Source of the DNA: a virus
Strand: one strand, 5' to 3'
DNA: 64,000 nucleotides
Virus record (IMG/VR): IMGVR_UViG_3300046703_000100
Location: 27,573-91,572 of that record
The notes beneath the pieces were generated by a model that was not told the origin of the DNA, searched no databases, and was given only the letters and a program-made list of their open reading frames with translations. Shown piece after piece: positions 57,720 to 64,000 of this stretch. The translations under genes and the position numbers were made by a program. The stretch's first letter is position 1; every line of letters begins with the position of its first letter.

Positions 57720-59480
57720 TTACATTCTTAACAAAATTATTTGCCCTAACTGTTTTAGTTTCTCGGCTCGTACCTTCGCCTCAAAACCGCCAAATCGGAT
57801 ATTAACTTTCTAAATATCTTTTAAAACTCTTTTCAAAAGGAATAAAAAACCTATACCCTCTGCCCAATGACCATATTTCCCTAACGGTCAAAATGGTCTC
57901 TATATATTTACAATTAATCAATATGATATATTAATCAATACATTATTGAATTGTAACGTTGTCTTACTCGCTTTTCTTACTGATGTAAGAAAAGCTCGTA
58001 GAAAAAAGCTTTTCGAAAGCCTTTACTTTCGAGCTAACGCTCTCAAGAGAGTTCGTAAAAACTCACTCTTATCCAAAATCTCTTTAATCTCTTAAAACCA
58101 CTACATGCTTAAAACCTTCCTTAGCTAAAAATCAATTTCCCATCTAACTTTTGAATTCTTAACATACTTCTTAAATAACTTATTAAAAGTCTTTCTAAAG
58201 ATATTTACTAAGTAATTATCACCTACTTATCATTATACTTATTAAATCTTTTTAAGAAGTACTCAATGCGGAGAATACAATCGCTAATCACCGCATCTAA
58301 TAGTGTCAGAAATACTATATACTGTTTCACTGAATCTTGTCTCAAAAAGGTACTACTATTTGCGACAAATACTAATTAACTACTAATAATTACCGAATTA
58401 GTATTTCGCTCTATAAGAAGCTAAAAACAAAACCTATCACCAAAACTGATAATCTTATCACTCAAACAGATATTACTGCTCAAGCCATTATGCGTAGGAT
58501 GACCCCTGCTGAACGAAACCCCCCTATATGACAATACATATGCTTTTAAAAATAAAATGTCTCTAATGCCCTATTATGACGATTTATTGCTCCGTAACAG
58601 TTTTTAGCAGGTTTTAGCATTATTTAGTAAGAGAACAGCAGAATTTAGTTAAAAAAAGTAAAAAAAGGTAAATGGGGGTTTTTGGGTAGGAAAAAAGAAT
58701 ATAAGTATAATAATGACAAAGTGTTAGGAAAAGATGGTGGAGTAAAATATTGCTAACATCTGACTTTTTGCTAATCTTAACCCCTCATGCCTATAACATT
58801 GTAAGTCTTTATTAGTCAAGGACTTATGATATAATAGTTTACTTTCGATTATACTTATACGATATTGATATAAGTATAAATGAGCTTGTTTTTTGAGCAT
58901 AAAAAATTCCAACTTTTTATAATTCCTAACATTAGTTTATTATTTTATTATTTTATTATAGCATGATATAATTCTTTTTATCTTTTGTCTTATCTTATAA
59001 AGCCTTTTGTTATAGTCTTAGCATAGTATTTTGTAGTCTTTTTGATTATACGCTCTTGTGATAGTTTATCGACTATTATGTTTTTATAATCTTATTATGT
59101 AGTGCCAGACGATTTTATCTTATCCGGTATTGTGTTTTGTCTTTATAGATTATAACTACCTTTTGTATTTCTACTCTTGACAAAGTATGAATTGCGTGGT
59201 ATAATAGTATTGTAAATAAAGGGGATATTAAAATGTTAAACAATTATAGACTTGACGAAATAGATTTTTTCTTTTGGGCATATAAGAACGCCAGAACCTT
59301 ATTATTATATTATCATTATAAGGCGATTTTTGAGGATTTAATTTCAGAATATAAAAATATTGAGGCGATACCATGTTAAGAATATCAAAAAGTACCTGTA
59401 ATTTGGCTTGTACTGCATTATTTTGGAACGGTGCATATACTATCATGGCGGATTTTGAGCTTGACTATAAAAAGAGGTAA
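57720..59480. other. long non-coding divergence region (candidate origin and/or genome terminus)
   Basis: No credible ORF; clustered hairpins, inverted repeats and abrupt strand-skew changes; separates two divergent gene blocks. Confidence 0.55.
59177..59205 (+). promoter_or_regulatory. sigma70 consensus early promoter
   Basis: TTGACA-17 nt-TATAAT with TGG. Confidence 0.8.
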
Positions 59481-59486
59481 ACAAAA

Positions 59487-59864
59487 ATGAACCGCTACCA
59501 TAAAAAAGTTTATATACCAGACAAGGACAAAAAACGCCTTGAAACGTTAACGGTACGCCTTAACGCCTTGAAATGGACGTATACGGTACATTGTCTTGAC
59601 AATTTGAAATATAGGACTATCAGACAAGCGGATATACTTTTATTTATTAAAAATACGGTTTTACAGTCAAAAAATATTTTTGAATATTATACAGACGAAA
59701 AAAATGATATAATCAAAATATGTTATAGATTGCAATATACAAGCGGTATTGATTTAATTTTGATATTATCCGAAGTAAAAAATATCATCACAATATATAC
59801 GAATAATACAGAAGATAATCATATAACCTTGAATAAAAAGCTATATACACAAAAAGAGGTATAA
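59487..59864 (+). CDS. hypothetical early protein, possibly RelE/DUF4258-like fold
   Basis: YT.H......R, K..YR, IITIY.N...D.H.TL pattern; the fold call is tentative. Confidence 0.5.
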   Translation: MNRYHKKVYIPDKDKKRLETLTVRLNALKWTYTVHCLDNLKYRTIRQADILLFIKNTVLQSKNIFEYYTDEKNDIIKICYRLQYTSGIDLILILSEVKNIITIYTNNTEDNHITLNKKLYTQKEV

Positions 59865-59868
59865 TACA

Positions 59869-60051
59869 ATGTATAAAAAAGGCGATTTTGTTATATATGA
59901 TATATGCGGACAAAAAAGAGAAGTTAAAATTTTATCCGGCAAGGTTATTTTGGCATATAACGCCGGACAAGGATTTAAAATATTATTGCCGGACGGTAAA
60001 CGAATTTATGCAAGCGAAAAAAATCTATATGTTAAGGAAACAAAAGTTTGA
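59869..60051 (+). CDS. small SH3-like hypothetical protein
   Basis: YKKGDFV start; GAGGT RBS. Confidence 0.5.
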   Translation: MYKKGDFVIYDICGQKREVKILSGKVILAYNAGQGFKILLPDGKRIYASEKNLYVKETKV

Positions 60052-60060
60052 TTTTGTCTA

Positions 60061-60088
60061 TTGACAAAATAAAAATATCGTGTATGCT
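60061..60088 (+). promoter_or_regulatory. sigma70-like early promoter
   Basis: CTA-TTGACA-16 nt-TATGCT. Confidence 0.6.
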
Positions 60089-60130
60089 TATATATAGGAA
60101 GGCGGAAGGACAACGAAAGGAACGGAAAAA

Positions 60131-60457
60131 ATGAAAACGAAAATTTTAACATGCGAAATAATGGAAGCCGGAATTGAAGCCGTCCGGCAAGGGATAAAAG
60201 CCGGATACGTTAACGCCTATATATCAACGCTCGGCGGACGTGATAATGCTTCGATAATGATAAAAATATCCCTTGACAAGCCGGACACGTGGACGAACGG
60301 AATTTTTGAAAATAGCCGGACGGTTTATTTTTCGCTTGACTTATGCGGAACGCTCGAAAATTTCAATGGCAGAATTCCGCATATAAGACAAAAAAATGTT
60401 AAGACGTTAACGGAAGCGGTAAACTATATCAACGAAAAAATATCGGTTGGCAGTTAA
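60131..60457 (+). CDS. hypothetical early protein
   Basis: ORF track; AAGGA RBS. Confidence 0.65.
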   Translation: MKTKILTCEIMEAGIEAVRQGIKAGYVNAYISTLGGRDNASIMIKISLDKPDTWTNGIFENSRTVYFSLDLCGTLENFNGRIPHIRQKNVKTLTEAVNYINEKISVGS

Positions 60458-60494
60458 CCGTTGAAATTGCCGAAAGTAACGAAAGGCGGATACC

Positions 60495-61067
60495 ATGAAA
60501 GCATTATATAAGGCGGTGAAGGACGGCGACGAAAATGTTTTTAAATGCGGTAAAATAATCGGAGAAAATAATACTCCGGTTGGGTACAAGGTTACAGACG
60601 TTTATTTTGTGGACAATTCCGGCTTCGGCTCGGAAAATGAACCTGCATTGACCGCTTCGCAATTTTTGGCGAAAGTAAAATCCGGCAAATATTACGCTAT
60701 AACCGGACAAGGACAATTTCAGGTATACGTTACCGAATACGAAAAAATTGCCGGAAGCCGGAAAGCATTATATAAGGAACTCGGAATTTTGAAATCGAAA
60801 CTCGTCCGGAATAATACACGCTTGACGGAATACGTGGACGGACGGCGGACGCTTCGGCTTCATGCAACGGATATTATAACATGGAAGCCGGACGGAAAAA
60901 TTATTTTGAATTCCGGCGGTTGGCGGACGCATACGACAAAAGAGCGTTTAAATGCTTATATCAATATGTACAATACGACAAATTATTGTATATATCAACG
61001 CCGTTTTGAATGGTTTTTGCAGGACGGCGACGAAACAATCGAATTTTCGGACGGCATGGAATTATAA
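60495..61067 (+). CDS. hypothetical early protein
   Basis: C-terminal LH.TDI...I.LNSGGW.T.TTK.RLN...Q..F.W motif, familiar from phage early genes. Confidence 0.7.
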   Translation: MKALYKAVKDGDENVFKCGKIIGENNTPVGYKVTDVYFVDNSGFGSENEPALTASQFLAKVKSGKYYAITGQGQFQVYVTEYEKIAGSRKALYKELGILKSKLVRNNTRLTEYVDGRRTLRLHATDIITWKPDGKIILNSGGWRTHTTKERLNAYINMYNTTNYCIYQRRFEWFLQDGDETIEFSDGMEL

Positions 61068-61430
61068 TCCGAAAAAATCGCTTGACGTTGCGATATAAGA
61101 GGCGAACTCGAAGCCGGACATATTCCGGCATGGACTAAAAAGAAGCACAAAGCCGGACAAGGCAAGGCGAGAAAAAGAGGCGTACCATGTACACGTTTAT
61201 ATATAAAATTATGGAACTTATGGACGGCGAACGTATACGGCATTTTGTTTTATTGCCGTACCGTATAGCGGAAGCGATAAAGATATTTTGTTTGTTACAT
61301 ATGAGGGGATAAAATACCATGATAAAATATACTATATGGGAACGGCTTATATCACGATTTTGTTTTGCCGTATATATGGGTAGTATATTTGGATTTAAAG
61401 TTGCTATAAAGACATTATTTAAAGGATAAA

Positions 61431-61904
61431 ATGAATAAATACAGTAACAAAATAAAATTGGTATTGGATTGCGACGTACTCGATAAAACGCAGGACGACT
61501 TCGAAATTTTGGACTATTATCCGCAATTACGACTAATAAAAAGCGATAAATATTATTTAAAAAAATATGGAGATTATCATTTTTGCTATAACTACGCTTT
61601 CAAAAAATCATATAAAAAACTATATGAAGTAGAGGACGCTTTCAAAATACTTCTATATGAATATACTCCGGTAGAGAAAAAGAACGCAAGGCAGGGCGAT
61701 ATTATATCATTTCATAGCATAAGACAAAACAACGGCAGAATATTTAAAACTCCGAACGATTTAAACTGTAACCATTTTGCTATTATATCCGGAATACAAA
61801 ACGGAAAAATTAATATCAAAAGCAAGTTTGGTACTCTCGGCGTTTTTGAGGGTACTATATACGACTTGCCGAAAAGTTATGGAAATTGTTTTGCTATATG
61901 GTGA
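61431..61904 (+). CDS. hypothetical protein, possibly papain-like (NlpC/P60-type)
   Basis: C.NYAF, GDII.F, HFAI, SKFG pattern; tentative. Confidence 0.45.
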   Translation: MNKYSNKIKLVLDCDVLDKTQDDFEILDYYPQLRLIKSDKYYLKKYGDYHFCYNYAFKKSYKKLYEVEDAFKILLYEYTPVEKKNARQGDIISFHSIRQNNGRIFKTPNDLNCNHFAIISGIQNGKINIKSKFGTLGVFEGTIYDLPKSYGNCFAIW

Positions 61905-61973
61905 CGACAAAATAAAATTTCTCCGACGGAGAATACAAAATTGTTAAAGAGAAAATAGATAGATAATTTGCTA

Positions 61974-62002
61974 TTGACAAAACGAAAAACATAGTGTATA
62001 CT
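61974..62002 (+). promoter_or_regulatory. sigma70 consensus early promoter
   Basis: CTA-TTGACA-17 nt-TATACT. Confidence 0.75.
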
Positions 62003-62032
62003 TCTTATATGAATAGAAAAGGAGAAACGAAA

Positions 62033-62185
62033 ATGAAAAATAAAATCGCATATGATTATGAAAAACAGGTTTGGATTATAAACGGAAAATACGAGGATTG
62101 CGGACATAAAGACGTTTTAAATTGTAAATGTTATGGAAGGTTACACAAAAACGAAACGGCAATTTTAACCAACCATTGTGAATAA
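62033..62185 (+). CDS. small Cys/His-containing hypothetical protein
   Basis: AAGGAGA RBS; CGH...C.C...H. Confidence 0.55.
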   Translation: MKNKIAYDYEKQVWIINGKYEDCGHKDVLNCKCYGRLHKNETAILTNHCE

Positions 62186-62362
62186 TAAAGGAGAACTAAA
62201 ATGGTAACAATAAAAATAGATTTAAGAGATATAAAAAGCATAAGACAGGCAGAAATAAAAAAAGAAAATCTCGAAAAAGCCGGATATGAAGTTATAGCCG
62301 AAGATGTAGGTTTTGTTTCAGCGACATTATTTATGAAAAAAATATAAAAAGGAGAAGATAAA

Positions 62363-62968
62363 ATGATACAGAAAATTGTAAAATATATTAATGAGGACGG
62401 ATTTGTTTTTACGTTTGAACCGATAGAGGATACATTAAAAATTGTCAATCATAGAAACAAGGACGGAAAAGCCGGATTTATGGCGAAGTATTTAATACAG
62501 GATACGAACGTGGGCGACCCTTGCGAGGACGACGAGGGCATGGGGAATTTTTACCATTGGAAAGACTGCGAGGCACTCGGATATGATATAGATACGCACG
62601 AACCGAACGGCAAGCCGGAAAATCCGGACGCAGTACGTATTGACAAGTACGAGCATAGTCAGATTTTTTATTCTGTACATGGCGAGGGTACACAATGCCG
62701 TTGGGATACGTCCTCGACTTGGGCGGTTTGGTTGCCGTCCGCTTGCCTCTTGGACGAATTAAAGGCGTATAAGGGCAAGGCAAGGCGAAATAGTTGTATT
62801 GAGTACGCAAGACAGGCGTGTACGACCATTAATCAATGGCAAAACGGCGACGTTTATTGTTTGGTTAAAGAAACGTACAATGCAAAAAAAGAGTATATAG
62901 ACCATGATACCGTAGGCGGTTATTTTGGATATAGTGAAGCAGTAAAGGCATTAGAAACAGAAATATAA
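62363..62968 (+). CDS. hypothetical early protein (YxHS...CxWD...GDVY...GGYFG family)
   Basis: Motif pattern familiar from mobile-element proteins; AAGGAGA RBS. Confidence 0.65.
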   Translation: MIQKIVKYINEDGFVFTFEPIEDTLKIVNHRNKDGKAGFMAKYLIQDTNVGDPCEDDEGMGNFYHWKDCEALGYDIDTHEPNGKPENPDAVRIDKYEHSQIFYSVHGEGTQCRWDTSSTWAVWLPSACLLDELKAYKGKARRNSCIEYARQACTTINQWQNGDVYCLVKETYNAKKEYIDHDTVGGYFGYSEAVKALETEI

Positions 62969-63016
62969 TTGAACGTTTTGGAAGTTTTAGACACTATATA
63001 TAAGGAGAGGGCAAAA

Positions 63017-63205
63017 ATGAAAATTAAAACAGTAACGGAAATTAAAACAAAAGAAGAAGCACGACAAGTTGCTATTGATTATCAAAATTGGGCGAGTGAA
63101 CAATCATTAAGTTATTTAGAATTATCACAATGGCAAGAATATTTTGAAACACTTGCCGACAAGTTTAATTTAACAGAAGAATTTAAAGAAAATTGTGTAA
63201 TATAA
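63017..63205 (+). CDS. small hypothetical protein
   Basis: AAGGAGAGG RBS; start MKIKTV. Confidence 0.6.
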   Translation: MKIKTVTEIKTKEEARQVAIDYQNWASEQSLSYLELSQWQEYFETLADKFNLTEEFKENCVI

Positions 63206-63217
63206 AGGAGAACTAAA

Positions 63218-63469
63218 ATGAAAATTGAAACTTTACAAAAATGCGATAAAAGTAAATATTATAAATTAACAAATTTTATTTATTCTTTATTGCGAGATAA
63301 AGAATTGAATAGACAAACACCTTTAGAATATATTGATATTAATGATTGGGAATGTAATACAAAACCTTCTATATATATTCACAATAAGAAAAATATGTTT
63401 AAAATAAAAAGATATTCAAGATGTAGCGAATATGATGTGAAATTAGCTATAAAATTTTATAATAGTTAA
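63218..63469 (+). CDS. hypothetical protein
   Basis: AAGGAGA RBS. Confidence 0.55.
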   Translation: MKIETLQKCDKSKYYKLTNFIYSLLRDKELNRQTPLEYIDINDWECNTKPSIYIHNKKNMFKIKRYSRCSEYDVKLAIKFYNS

Positions 63470-63636
63470 AGGAGATATTTTTATGATTAATTCATGGACA
63501 TTAGCTTTTAAACAAATGGAAATCGAAGGACGAAAAACAAGCGATAAAAATTATGCTACAATATGGCAAAGACGTATGTATAAGATTGATAAATTTTTTG
63601 CAAAAATAGACAGTAATATTAAAAGGAGACAATAAC

Positions 63637-63993
63637 ATGGGTAGACTTAAAGGCTCGAAGAATAAACCGAAGATAGCAATATCGAGGCAAGAGAAGGCTA
63701 TTCCGCTTGATAATAAGGACATTAAAAGACAAATACGCATGTTACGAAAATTAAATCGTGATATAAAAAAGCATACACCAGAACGTAGAGAGATAAACGA
63801 AAAAATACGAGCATTAAAAGAGCAGTTGATACCTTTACATATAGAAGTTACGCCGGAGAAATCAGAAATAATACAGAAAATTTTAAAAAAGCGACCAGAA
63901 TATACAATTTTAAATATAGAATTAGAAAAATATACAATGGAACAATTAATAAAACATTATGAAGCGATATTGCACAAGCCGACATTAATATAA
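63637..63993 (+). CDS. basic protein with an N-terminal AT-hook-like motif
   Basis: MGRLKGSKNKPK; AAGGAGA RBS. Confidence 0.6.
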   Translation: MGRLKGSKNKPKIAISRQEKAIPLDNKDIKRQIRMLRKLNRDIKKHTPERREINEKIRALKEQLIPLHIEVTPEKSEIIQKILKKRPEYTILNIELEKYTMEQLIKHYEAILHKPTLI

Positions 63994-64000
63994 AGAGATA

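Noticed and set aside
58724-59446. ORFs 58724..58912 and 59228..59446 on the minus strand
   Set aside because: No RBS, they overlap promoter or inverted-repeat sequence, and the composition is not protein-like
1-64000. Stop-codon reassignment
   Set aside because: Core genes are full length and densely packed under the standard code; TAA, TAG and TGA all end genes

Overview
The window is a long contiguous piece of an AT-rich tailed dsDNA phage genome, siphovirus-like because it has a tape measure and tail tube but no recognisable sheath. It has three blocks. (1) Plus strand, 1-19964: replication and recombination genes (family B DNA polymerase with a LAGLIDADG intein, MmcB-like nuclease, Hjc-type resolvase, metallophosphoesterase, SbcD/SbcC), then a sugar-nucleotide and glycosyltransferase cluster. 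(2) Minus strand, ~57660 to 19983: papain-family peptidase, tRNA-Met(CAT), terminases, portal, ferritin-like protein, a 1058-aa protease/scaffold, capsid, decoration/fibre proteins, neck and tail, interrupted by four paralogous HNH genes and one PD-(D/E)XK endonuclease gene. (3) After a ~1.8 kb non-coding gap, a plus-strand block of small, probably early genes with a very different oligonucleotide composition. Sigma70-type promoters and an fMet-like tRNA point to a bacterial host. The strongest candidate for an undescribed system is a head polyprotein arrangement: portal and protease/scaffold carry accessory domains (ChaB, DUF6582-like, Zn ribbons, 14-aa repeats) bounded by a recurring [LF]-E-[VIML]-A motif that also occurs at the capsid protein N-terminus, next to an encapsulin-cargo-like ferritin gene. 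The second candidate is a phage-borne UDP-L-RhaNAc/QuiNAc-type pathway with several glycosyltransferases. All family calls come from motif recognition by eye; no searches were run.
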